DNA of 64,000 bases from Proteobacteria bacterium bin106 (GTDB taxonomy: Bacteria > Bdellovibrionota_B > Oligoflexia > Oligoflexales > Bin106), in assembly GCA_002238945.1 (NCBI GenBank), contig MPNI01000012.1, positions 2,805-66,804 of the forward strand, in the 5' to 3' direction. Both the position numbers and the translations under genes were made by a program. Positions 44,329-54,217 of the stretch are shown piece after piece. The notes beneath the pieces are model-generated. The model ran no database searches and was not told the origin of the DNA. It worked only from the letters and a program-made list of their open reading frames with translations. Within the stretch, counting starts at the first letter, position 1. Every line of letters starts with the position of its first letter.

Positions 44329-45291
44329 ATGATCACCTCTCAAGAGACTTTAACCAAAGCTCGCATAGGATGGGCTTATTATGTGAATGTTTTTCCTGTA
44401 ATATCTCTTTTAAGCAATAACCTTAAAGATCATGATGTGGAGCTCATTAGACATTATCCCAAACATATCAACACGCAATTTCGTAAAGGTGAGCTTGATA
44501 TAGCCCTATGCTCCACTGTAACCTTATTGCATCATCCTCACTCGTTTATATGCTCTCATTGGGGAGTATGTTCTCATGGTGCTGTAAAAAGTGTCTATCT
44601 TGCATCACAGCAACCTAACCCTAAACTACAAGCTCACATCAAAGACGCTCAAAGAAAGCTAGCCCATCTTTGGCGATCACAACGCTACTCATCACTTTTT
44701 TCTGACCAATGGACCTCACTCGAGCATTTTCGCAAGCTCGCTGGAGTGGGTGATTTCCCTGCTCCTTCACTGGATTTAGGCCATACCTCTGAAGCCAGTG
44801 CCGCTTTGGCTTTGATATTTTATAAGCTATGGTTTGGTAGCAGCATGCCACATAATCTAGATGAAGCTCATAGATCACCCCTCAAACTCTATATTGGTGA
44901 TGAAGCCTTGTTTCATCACCATGATTTTGGTTTTAAAGTTGATATATCTTCTACTTGGAGTGAACTCACAGGGCTGCCATTTGTTTTTGCTGCATGGCTC
45001 GCATCTTCTCAAGATACAACACGAACTCCCTCATGGAATGTATTGACAGACTGTATTGATAAGGCAAATCACCAAGCGAAAGAAGTACTACTTCACTCCC
45101 CCGAGTATTTTTGGAATAAGCTGAAGTCTTCTCCTTATGGAGACACATATGCTTCTATCTCAAAAGAAACCATGCTGGAGTATTGGCAAACATCTATACA
45201 CTACAGTATAGGTGCTGAAGAAAAACAAGCCATCAAGCTCTATCTATCACTAGCCTCAGAAGTACTGCCCTCACCACATCCTACTCTTTAA
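44329..45291 (+). CDS. mqnA: MqnA/MqnD-family menaquinone biosynthesis protein (chorismate dehydratase-like)
   Basis: IG...YVNVFP, GAVKSV, LYIGDEAL, W.ELTGLPFVFAAW. Confidence 0.8.
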   Translation: MITSQETLTKARIGWAYYVNVFPVISLLSNNLKDHDVELIRHYPKHINTQFRKGELDIALCSTVTLLHHPHSFICSHWGVCSHGAVKSVYLASQQPNPKLQAHIKDAQRKLAHLWRSQRYSSLFSDQWTSLEHFRKLAGVGDFPAPSLDLGHTSEASAALALIFYKLWFGSSMPHNLDEAHRSPLKLYIGDEALFHHHDFGFKVDISSTWSELTGLPFVFAAWLASSQDTTRTPSWNVLTDCIDKANHQAKEVLLHSPEYFWNKLKSSPYGDTYASISKETMLEYWQTSIHYSIGAEEKQAIKLYLSLASEVLPSPHPTL

Positions 45292-45391
45292 ACATGTCCC
45301 TTCTTTTTTCTATTCTGACTTCTTAAACTCTTCACTAAGACTTTGAGAAAGCCAAGGAATAGACATAGACAAGGATAAACAAGGATAATAC

Positions 45392-46330
45392 ATGCTCACA
45401 GAGATATTTACTCAAAGCCAAATCTATATGGCAGGCGCTCTACGTTATGGTCCGGTATGGCTATTTGTATGTATTGTCTTTTTACTGGATATGCGCTACA
45501 TCTCAGCCATCCAAAGAAACATCGAAGCACTACTCGCAGCAGCTCGGCTTTTTTTGACAGAAAGAGGACATATTGATCAATACACTGAAAGCTTAGCTAC
45601 GCATAATGATACAACGACTTTATCTCATAGCTCTGTTTTTGATATGCGCTCTCTTTCCGGAGAGTTAGCCAAATGGATAGATAAGGATTATTTTTTCCAA
45701 ATCTTTTGTTCTGGTAAGAATTTTCAAAATATTTTTGTGCTGCATCTTCAAGAATACATAGTGATTTTAGAGTGGCTTCTCAGTGGATACAGCTTTATAA
45801 AACAAGCACTCAAATCTTTTTGTCTCATCGGCTGTGTGTTGTGTTATCTGTCTTTGCAGTTTGGAGCTCATCATTATGATTTCACCACAATGATGATAGG
45901 TTTTGTTGTGGTGCATATGATCTATTTTTGTGTAGCTAGAGCGCGATTATTAAGATGTTTGATTAAAGACATCACTGGCCATAACATTCCTCATAAAGAA
46001 CCTAGACCATACTCATATGGAAACACACCTGGAAACACGTTGCTTTGGAAGTATGGAGCTGATCTGGTTTTATGGCTATATAGAGTGGTATTTCATCGAG
46101 GCTTTTTACAGGTACTACTCAAAGAATACTGGATAGTGAAGTCTCAACACAATGCCATAGCATCACCACAAACTTCCTCTCAGATTTTTGCACTCTCAAG
46201 TAGACGCTTTATACGAGAAGATAAGCTTAGACAAGATTTTTCACTTTTTCAGATTCTTCAAGGACTCTGTATAGTGACACTGTTTTTAATAGATAATTAC
46301 CATCGTTTAGCTTTGAATTATTTTTCGTAA
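45392..46330 (+). CDS. Hypothetical membrane protein
   Basis: 312-aa ORF after AAGGA, several hydrophobic segments. Confidence 0.6.
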   Translation: MLTEIFTQSQIYMAGALRYGPVWLFVCIVFLLDMRYISAIQRNIEALLAAARLFLTERGHIDQYTESLATHNDTTTLSHSSVFDMRSLSGELAKWIDKDYFFQIFCSGKNFQNIFVLHLQEYIVILEWLLSGYSFIKQALKSFCLIGCVLCYLSLQFGAHHYDFTTMMIGFVVVHMIYFCVARARLLRCLIKDITGHNIPHKEPRPYSYGNTPGNTLLWKYGADLVLWLYRVVFHRGFLQVLLKEYWIVKSQHNAIASPQTSSQIFALSSRRFIREDKLRQDFSLFQILQGLCIVTLFLIDNYHRLALNYFS

Positions 46331-46480
46331 CAGTGATAGCTAGACTCCATAACACGTGCCTCATAGCTTTAAGAAGGGTTCAGTATAGTAATGCCTTCTT
46401 AAAAAGCACCTGCCATTAGCCAGTAACCATAAAGCAAACATAAAAGATCTATCTTACCATGTCATAATCTGTAATTTGAC

Positions 46481-46509
46481 TTGACTGTTATTCAAAGCAA
46501 AGATAATGT
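46481..46509 (+). promoter_or_regulatory. Putative sigma70 promoter
   Basis: TTGACT-N17-TAATGT, same hexamers as the putative rplK promoter. Confidence 0.45.
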
Positions 46510-46512
46510 CAG

Positions 46513-46682
46513 GCTGGTGATCTCCTTTAGGAGACATCTGGATGCAAATTCTTAGTAACCATCTCTAGCACATGCGGCACTTCCCCAAAAAGCAGAGTGA
46601 CCTAACAAGAGAACCAGCATCAGCGCTTCTGTAACTGAAATATCCTGAGATAAAGATAGATCATTATGGAGTTGATCTTTTA
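46513..46682 (+). ncRNA. Candidate structured small RNA, family unknown
   Basis: GC-richer island in an AT-rich spacer; nested pairings GCTGGT/ACCAGC, TCTC/GAGA, TTAGG/CCTAA; ends in AGATCA-N9-TGATCT followed by T. Confidence 0.3.
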
Positions 46683-47260
46683 AGTAAAATGGATTATAGA
46701 ATAAAACAAACTCACAAAACGCACAGAGAGCAAACCAACGCACACAATGAATAACTTAACACATACTTTAACAACACTCTTTATAAACACATTACGCACA
46801 AGCATGTTAAAAGATTCGTACAAGCTAACGCATAAACCAAAACCCACTAACTGACAGGCCACTACTTGATGACAACAAAAATAATTGTATATGTCCCTTT
46901 CAATATAAAAAAAAATATGTAATATAACTTGTAAAGCTCAACACTAACAGACTAACACCGTGACAACAATAGACAAAACCATAGACAAAACAATAGACAA
47001 AACAAAGAACAGAAAACCACACATTTAACCTGCATTTTTTAACATAGCTTAATTTAATATGGATATAATTCAACATAGGATGTTCCCATAACCGTTTTAA
47101 ACATAAGTTTATATAGGCACAATAAGGATAACAATAAGGATAGCAATAATGATAATAAGTAAGTACCACTCACACTATTATGCGTTTTTTACAAGATGTG
47201 TTTATGATTTTTTTCAAGTAGATATTCGTACTTTATACAATATATAAAAAAGGATTTTAT

Positions 47261-50164
47261 ATGTTCATTTGGAAAATTACCGCACCGATGCTTATGAGTT
47301 ATTTAAGAATGTTTTCAAGGTCGCATCTTTGGTTAGCTGTGATATGTAGTATTTCGTTAGGGCAAGTGTCCTGTACTGCAGACAAGACAACTTCTTCCAA
47401 ATCTGAGGGAGTAGCTACAAACGACGATACAAGTGAAGGCTATCAAAACCTACAAGATAACGCACAAAATAAGCAACCTGATGAATCCGTTCCTGAACTT
47501 TACTCAGAGTCACCTGCTACACCTGCTACAAAAAAAGACGCCACTGCAGAAAAGTACAAGGTTAACACATCTACACAATCTGAGACCAATGTAAGTCTTT
47601 CTGAAAATGAGCCTGATGAAAACTCTCAAGATAAGACTTCGCAAAATAAGCAGCCCATATCACAAAAAGACAACACTTCTTCCATTAACGAAGAAACGGC
47701 TACACAAGAAACCATACCTGATCACCAAAAACACAATAACGTTTTAGCAGAAGTTCTGGCCATGGATCAGCCAGATAAAGACAGTCCCTTTTTTGATCTG
47801 TTTACAGATGTACAAGATTTGCAGCTAAAAAAGGGAAATATAGTTATTGAAAAGCATGCTCGTTACCCCTGCGAACTTTTGCATTGGGTATTCAAAATAA
47901 GCATGTCCACTCATGTGAATCATCGATCTTCACGAGACTTTTCATTAGATTTTGTCAAAAAATCTCTGAAGCATTATATGGAATATTTGGACCAAGAAAA
48001 AATCTATTTTTCAAAAAAAGATGAAGATTTTATCATGAATCATCTTGCCCATAGTTTGAAATCAGAATTAGTCGAAAACTCATGCCATAGCATCGAGCTT
48101 GTAGCTGAAATATATATGAAAAGATTTATTGATAGACTGCCTATGGTATATAAAAATTTAGTTACGAATCATGACTTTTCTAAAAAAGAATACCTCTTTA
48201 GACCAGAGAAAAGAGATTATGTTGATTCTTTTGACGCCTTATCAGATCGTGTTCGTAAAATCATAAAATTTAGGTACAAAGTAAAGAAGGTGAGATATCC
48301 AAAAGAGAATTTTGCTGATCATGCTAATAAAGTAGCACTCCCTTTCCATCTAGCTGCTCAAAAAGTGAAGACATTCTCAACCTTTCAAACTTACGATGCC
48401 TATTTAACCACATTATCTTATTTGTTCGATTCTCATACAAATTTTTTAAATCATGAAAAACAACCTGGCTTCTTAGGTGGATTAACTGATACGGGCTTAG
48501 TTGGCATAGGTGTTCGTCTGAACATCACAGAAGATGAGTTGATTATTACAGATGTAATATCTGGTGGTAGTGCCAGAAGAGATGGAACCATTCAGCCTGA
48601 AGATATCATTTTAGGTGTTCGTCAAGACGGAGCTGATGAGCAATGGGAATATACAAAAGATACCTCTTTTGATTACATAATGTCTCGAATAAGAGGAGAA
48701 ATAGACACCACTGTTCACGTGAAAGTGAAACGCTTGCTTTCAGATCTTGACACAAGTACAGAAGATGAAAATGAAACAAAGGACGTCACAGATTCTTCTG
48801 AAAATACCAAAACAGAGAAAAGTTTTGAGATCATTGATGTGACTTTGGTAAGAGATCACATTAAGCCAGAAAATATTCTTAATCTTCCTTTTCACCATGT
48901 TCCTGTAGAAACAACACTTAGAGAAAAACCAGTAAAAGTAGGCTATCTTGTTTTTGAACAGTTTTATAATAACAGCATTCGAAACACAGGTGTTGCTGAC
49001 GATATCAGTGCTGCTGTAAAAAACATGATAGATGATGGGGTAGAAAGCCTTGTCATCGACTTAAGAAACAACGGAGGAGGGTTATTAGGAAGTGCTTTGT
49101 GGGTCATATCATTGTTTATGGATGCACCTGTAGGTGTTTACGAACGTGGTCGTAATTTTACAAATCACAGAAAGGACTCACATCCTACATTCCCCTCATT
49201 TACTCAATCCATCTTTCACGGAACAGATCCGAATAGGCGCAGTGTAATCAATGTATACCCTTTTACAGACATACACCCCTCAACTTTTCCTAAAATTCGG
49301 GATCAGATGTATTTTTATGATTTACCTATTGTCGTCATGGTAGAAGGAGGAACAGCCAGTGCAGCTGAAATACTTGCTCAGGCCATTAAGGTAAATGGAC
49401 GCGGCATTATTGTAGGTGATAAACACACATCAGGTAAAGGATCTGTGCAAAGAGTATTGCGTCTTCCTTATCAAAAATTTCAACTAGACGGCGAGCCCAT
49501 TGGCTCAGCGGTTAAAGTTACTGTAGCTCAATTTTTCGGAGCTGATGGCAAATCCATTCAAGATGTTGGAGTGGAATCAGATATACTTTTACCTTCTCCT
49601 GGTTTCTTTGGTCATGTTTTTGCTAAAGAAGATAAGCATTCCATTCCATATTCTGAATTGGACCCCAAGTATGCTCAAAACTTAACCTTGGATTTTCGCA
49701 ATCCTAACATAGTTTCTGCATTACGTGATCTATCTACATCTCGTCGATTACCAGATTCTTTATATGGCAAGATGATAGATTGGTTCTTAAAATCAGAACA
49801 CCAACAGATGCTAGAAGACATGGAATTTAAAACTATGGAAAAAGTAGCTCTCTATTTTGAAACGAACGACTTAAAAGAAGAAATAACTGAAGCAGATAAC
49901 TTTATGAAAAAGTTAAACACTTTAGCAAAAGAATATAGACTGCTTACATACGATTTTGAAGATACTTTATATGAAGGTGATCGTACGGAATTATTCTATT
50001 CCATGATGGAAAAAGACTATGCTCTAAAAGAAGCTGTACATATTGCTGCAGATTATTTTGTACTGTGTAGAGGTGATCAGCCTGAATTAAATGAATTTGA
50101 TGAGTCATTATATAATCCAAGCCAAGGATGCTTTAATAGTCATGAACAAGAAAACGAATTTTAG
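47261..50164 (+). CDS. Carboxy-terminal processing protease (S41A, Prc/Tsp-like), lipoprotein
   Basis: DSHTNFL, GIG PDZ entry, IDLRNNGGG, catalytic TASAAE and GKGSVQ, SIQDVGVESDI. Confidence 0.92.
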   Translation: MFIWKITAPMLMSYLRMFSRSHLWLAVICSISLGQVSCTADKTTSSKSEGVATNDDTSEGYQNLQDNAQNKQPDESVPELYSESPATPATKKDATAEKYKVNTSTQSETNVSLSENEPDENSQDKTSQNKQPISQKDNTSSINEETATQETIPDHQKHNNVLAEVLAMDQPDKDSPFFDLFTDVQDLQLKKGNIVIEKHARYPCELLHWVFKISMSTHVNHRSSRDFSLDFVKKSLKHYMEYLDQEKIYFSKKDEDFIMNHLAHSLKSELVENSCHSIELVAEIYMKRFIDRLPMVYKNLVTNHDFSKKEYLFRPEKRDYVDSFDALSDRVRKIIKFRYKVKKVRYPKENFADHANKVALPFHLAAQKVKTFSTFQTYDAYLTTLSYLFDSHTNFLNHEKQPGFLGGLTDTGLVGIGVRLNITEDELIITDVISGGSARRDGTIQPEDIILGVRQDGADEQWEYTKDTSFDYIMSRIRGEIDTTVHVKVKRLLSDLDTSTEDENETKDVTDSSENTKTEKSFEIIDVTLVRDHIKPENILNLPFHHVPVETTLREKPVKVGYLVFEQFYNNSIRNTGVADDISAAVKNMIDDGVESLVIDLRNNGGGLLGSALWVISLFMDAPVGVYERGRNFTNHRKDSHPTFPSFTQSIFHGTDPNRRSVINVYPFTDIHPSTFPKIRDQMYFYDLPIVVMVEGGTASAAEILAQAIKVNGRGIIVGDKHTSGKGSVQRVLRLPYQKFQLDGEPIGSAVKVTVAQFFGADGKSIQDVGVESDILLPSPGFFGHVFAKEDKHSIPYSELDPKYAQNLTLDFRNPNIVSALRDLSTSRRLPDSLYGKMIDWFLKSEHQQMLEDMEFKTMEKVALYFETNDLKEEITEADNFMKKLNTLAKEYRLLTYDFEDTLYEGDRTELFYSMMEKDYALKEAVHIAADYFVLCRGDQPELNEFDESLYNPSQGCFNSHEQENEF

Positions 50165-50236
50165 TCGTAAGTAGTCGTGAGTATAATAAACAACAAACCA
50201 AATAACAGAGTTATGAGTACATTTATGGGAGCTATA

Positions 50237-53200
50237 ATGCAAAATTGGATAATAGGTATAGTCTGTGGTTTACTTCTTATAACTGGATGTAGTAACAATA
50301 CCAGCAGTAACAGCAGTGACAACACTAATAAAAAAACATCGCAAACGCTATCAACAAAAAGCACAGACCAAACAAGCAAAACAGAAAGTAAAGTAACACC
50401 CAATAGTGCCAATGATTCTAGGTTTGTTTCTGACAATGCTACCCAAGAAGAAGAGCTTCTCCTAGGTCAATCTGTTTCAAAAGATAATTCTATTCAAGTT
50501 CAAGATAGCAAGCAGAATGAAAACAGCGACACAGTAACTGTTGACAATGGCTTTGATTCGATCCCTTCTGTATCAGCCAAATTTACAACCATGAGCCCTT
50601 TGGCTAGGATAGAATTATCTTGCCAAGAGATGAAAGAAACTATTGATATCATACGCCTTAAATCCGTTAAAATGATGCCATCCGATGATTTAACATATCA
50701 AGAATTTAATAATCGATTTGTTAAAGAAGTTTTTTATAATTACTTAGGCAAACTTGACAGTGAGAAAATTTACCTGTCACGTGAAGATGTTGATTTCATA
50801 TTCAGTGAATATCCTCAATTACTTTCCAAACTCGCTGGTGATAACACCTGTGCTGACATCAAAGAAATCAATCAGGCTTTTGCTCACTTTAAAGACATAG
50901 CTCTTCAACGACACACAGACTTGAAGTCTGTGCTTTATATGGATCATGATTTTAGTTTAGATGAGAAATTTATTGAAGAAGGCTCATTGCGATCGTTTTC
51001 TTTTGAAGAAGAATTGCCAGATCGAATGCGTCGTTTTGTGAAGCTCCGTCTTATTAAGGCACAAAAACGTTTCCCTGACTTGAGTAACTCCGAGTTAAAA
51101 GATGTTGTCGCCTCTCAATTGGATACTTTTTTAGATAGCCGATTAAACTTGGAAGAGGGTGAACGAAATATTTTATTCACTAAAGCATTCACCGACTTTC
51201 TGGGACATTATGGAAAAATTTATACTCATTATGAGCAGCATCTCCACGCCAAGCGTTTTGACGGCTATAAATTTGGTCTTGATGTACTGATTTCACAATT
51301 GACAGACTCAGGTGATTGGGTTGTTACAGGCACTCCTGACCAAATGAGTGTCAATAACGGCAAACTAGAAGTTGGTGACCATGTACTAGGTATATATGAT
51401 GATTACAAAGTACATGGTTGGGTGGATGTCAGTTCTCGCAATGCTCATCACATCACACACACACTTTTAGAAGACCTTTTATTAGGTTCAGTGGGCTCTA
51501 CAGTACGTCTTATGGCAGCTCGTCCATCTGCTAGCAATGGTCTTTTAGGCAATCCTTTTGAAGTCACTTTAACGAGAAATTCTCCTACCCATGATCGCAA
51601 TAATACCTCACAAAAAACCGTTGTTTCCTTTTATGATGTGGTACCTTCAAAAGTAAATGGTCAAGACGTAAGAGTTGGAACAATATTGATTCCTGAATTT
51701 TACGGTAATTTCATACCTCAATCTAAGATACCATACCTTTTCGGTTCTATGGGAACAGAAACTCAAATAGCATATGCACTGAATGCACTAAGTAAAAAAG
51801 ATGTAGATGTACTCCTTTTGGATTTAAGAAACAACGCTTCTTTGATAACTGACATCCAAGGTGTTATGTCGACATTTCATTCTTTAAATGTATTTTTAGA
51901 ACATATGCATTTTGGCTATATCAAGAATAGTAGAGACGATGACTTTCCTTTTTATAGAGAAATGATAGATAAACAAAAGATGCCACATGATAAATCATCA
52001 CCACGGCTGCCCGGAGAAGATGTAGGTGTGGATAAAAAAGAAACTTTTCTCTACCACGAACAAGAAAAACTCCCTAAACTCTCATTGAAAGTATTGCTTT
52101 ATAGTCAATCTATTCCTAGTTATTACCAACATGTTTTTCAATACTTGTCTCCTAAATACTCACCAACTTCATCTTGGATCGCAGGGCCTGAAAAACTGAT
52201 AAAACCTCGCCAAATACCTATTGTTGTCTTAACGAGTCATCGAACCCGAGCTTTAGGAGAGTTATTTGCAAATAATTTGCGCGCTCACGGGCGTGCTATT
52301 GTAGTGGGTGGTGAAAGAACTTATGGTGACGCTACATCGCCTGGTATTCAGGTATTGAATTCTGGTGCCTCAATACAATTAGGACTAAGAGAAATTTATG
52401 GTGCGGATAATAAATCCATTCAAGGATTAGGCATTGACTCTGATGTAGTGATCCCTTGGCCTGAGAATGTTAGCACACATCAAAACACTGCTCGAGATTC
52501 TTTTGACCCTATTTTACCTGGAACAGACCACAGTCTAGATTTGGGCTTTCGAGATAGTGAATTACTAAATTCCTTAAAGAGTTTTTCTAAAGAACGCATA
52601 AGTGAAAACTCATTCTTTGTGGATACTGCAACTTTGATTGAAAATCTAAAGAAACAGCAATTTTCTAATCCTTTAAGCACTGTGTCTTTGCTCTTAGATA
52701 ATAATGACTCACAAAACGAAGAACACAAACACCGTATCGTTGATGATTTTGAACTTACTTACCAATACAGTGTTTCCTCTCTTGATAGATACTATAATCA
52801 TTTCTTAAAAGAGCAGAGAACTCTCGCTGATCAAAAAAGCACCCAAAGGCTACTGTCCATGGATCATGTTTTAAGAGAAGCCATGGCTATTGCATCTGAC
52901 TATTATGTGTTATGTCGTGTGACACATTCAAAACAAGTCAATGCAGCTTTGGGTGATATCAGTCATTCTGAGCCTAAAAAAGGGTTCAACCCCTTAAAAC
53001 ACCCTAAGGAAAAATTCCAACCACATGCTGAATTAGGTTGTGGTGTGACTTATGTTGAAGACTTAGTAGTAGAAAACGACACCTCATCACAGCAACAAAA
53101 TGGATCAACATCTTCCGAAGCTGAAGATTCCACTCAAGATGAAGAAGAAAGTGGAAGTGATAATCCACTACCAGATAATTCTTCTACTGACGAAAGCACA

Positions 53201-53725
53201 GGAACTGACGAAGGCGCAGGAACTGACGAAAGCACAGGAACTGACGAAAGCGCAGGAACTGACGAAAGCACAGGAACTGACGAAGGCACAGGAACTGACG
53301 AAGGCGCAGGAACTGACGAAAGCGCAGGAACTGACGAAGGCACAGGAACTGACGAAGGCGCAGGAACTGACGAAAGCACAGGAACTGACGAAGGCACAGG
53401 AACTGACGAAGGCACAGGAACTGACGAAGGCACAGGAACTGACGAAGGCACAGGAACTGACGAAGGCGCAGGAACTGACGAAGGCGCAGGAACTGACGAA
53501 GGCGCAGGAACTGACGAAGGCACAGGAACTGACGAAGGCACAGGAACTGACGAAGGCACAGGAACTGACGAAGGCACAGGAACTGACGAAGGCACAGGAA
53601 CTGACGAAGGCACAGGAACTGACGAAGGCACAGGTACCCCTCTTCTAGAGCAGCCACCCCTTTTACACACAACTGACACAGAAGCAGCTACTAGTGAAGA
53701 AACAGCTACAGAGCCTTCAGAGTAG
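50237..53725 (+). CDS. S41-family protease paralog, probably inactive, with C-terminal hexapeptide repeat
   Basis: Lipobox LITGC (ATG 50237 after GGAG); LDLRNN, GRAIVVG, SIQGLGIDSD retained; catalytic motifs read TRALGE and TYGDAT. Confidence 0.85.
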   Translation: MQNWIIGIVCGLLLITGCSNNTSSNSSDNTNKKTSQTLSTKSTDQTSKTESKVTPNSANDSRFVSDNATQEEELLLGQSVSKDNSIQVQDSKQNENSDTVTVDNGFDSIPSVSAKFTTMSPLARIELSCQEMKETIDIIRLKSVKMMPSDDLTYQEFNNRFVKEVFYNYLGKLDSEKIYLSREDVDFIFSEYPQLLSKLAGDNTCADIKEINQAFAHFKDIALQRHTDLKSVLYMDHDFSLDEKFIEEGSLRSFSFEEELPDRMRRFVKLRLIKAQKRFPDLSNSELKDVVASQLDTFLDSRLNLEEGERNILFTKAFTDFLGHYGKIYTHYEQHLHAKRFDGYKFGLDVLISQLTDSGDWVVTGTPDQMSVNNGKLEVGDHVLGIYDDYKVHGWVDVSSRNAHHITHTLLEDLLLGSVGSTVRLMAARPSASNGLLGNPFEVTLTRNSPTHDRNNTSQKTVVSFYDVVPSKVNGQDVRVGTILIPEFYGNFIPQSKIPYLFGSMGTETQIAYALNALSKKDVDVLLLDLRNNASLITDIQGVMSTFHSLNVFLEHMHFGYIKNSRDDDFPFYREMIDKQKMPHDKSSPRLPGEDVGVDKKETFLYHEQEKLPKLSLKVLLYSQSIPSYYQHVFQYLSPKYSPTSSWIAGPEKLIKPRQIPIVVLTSHRTRALGELFANNLRAHGRAIVVGGERTYGDATSPGIQVLNSGASIQLGLREIYGADNKSIQGLGIDSDVVIPWPENVSTHQNTARDSFDPILPGTDHSLDLGFRDSELLNSLKSFSKERISENSFFVDTATLIENLKKQQFSNPLSTVSLLLDNNDSQNEEHKHRIVDDFELTYQYSVSSLDRYYNHFLKEQRTLADQKSTQRLLSMDHVLREAMAIASDYYVLCRVTHSKQVNAALGDISHSEPKKGFNPLKHPKEKFQPHAELGCGVTYVEDLVVENDTSSQQQNGSTSSEAEDSTQDEEESGSDNPLPDNSSTDESTGTDEGAGTDESTGTDESAGTDESTGTDEGTGTDEGAGTDESAGTDEGTGTDEGAGTDESTGTDEGTGTDEGTGTDEGTGTDEGTGTDEGAGTDEGAGTDEGAGTDEGTGTDEGTGTDEGTGTDEGTGTDEGTGTDEGTGTDEGTGTPLLEQPPLLHTTDTEAATSEETATEPSE
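53186..53635 (+). repeat. Coding tandem repeat, 25 x 18 bp (ACTGACGAARGCRCAGGA) encoding TDE[SG][TA]G
   Basis: Read directly; contiguous units with no spacers. Confidence 0.98.
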
Positions 53726-54217
53726 AAAATAAAAAATTATGTATATATGACATCCAGCAACGAGCTATCATGAAGATAAGCGATACGCTCTATTGATTAG
53801 GTAGACATTGATTAAATAAAGCCACTAAGAAAGCAGTATTGCCTGTAGTGTGTATAAAAAACACAATAGGGCATCTGTGCTGAGTATTCGTGGCAAATAT
53901 CTCGTAATATGTTACACATTTCTGCTTAAATCAGTATATGGCTTTAATAGTCATACCTCATCAGACCATCACATATGCCGAAATGTACAGCCAGCACAAA
54001 AAAGCACCGCAAATCAAACAACATAGAAAAAAAATCCGCATGACAGTGAATCAAGACTTATATTGACTGACTAACAGGTCTTATATTGCCTTTGATCGAC
54101 AATAACTGATACTCAGATATAATGCCTTGTATCATTGACTTGTTATATAAAGTTTTCTAATACTAGTTGTATAGTTGGCATGAGATATTGAAAAGTTACA
54201 GTTATAACTAGGAGAAA

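Noticed and set aside
53186..53635. CRISPR array
   Set aside because: The 18-bp units are contiguous with no unique spacers, lie in frame within a CDS, and no cas genes are present.
53186..53635. DGR-type adenine mutagenesis or TadA editing as the source of the A/G variation
   Set aside because: Only two fixed sites vary and only between A and G. No reverse transcriptase or template/variable repeat pair is visible. Two point mutations spread by slippage explain it.
53134..53679. Minus-strand repeat ORFs (PVPSSV and LCLRQF repeats)
   Set aside because: These frames are open only because the 18-bp unit has no stop codon in them.
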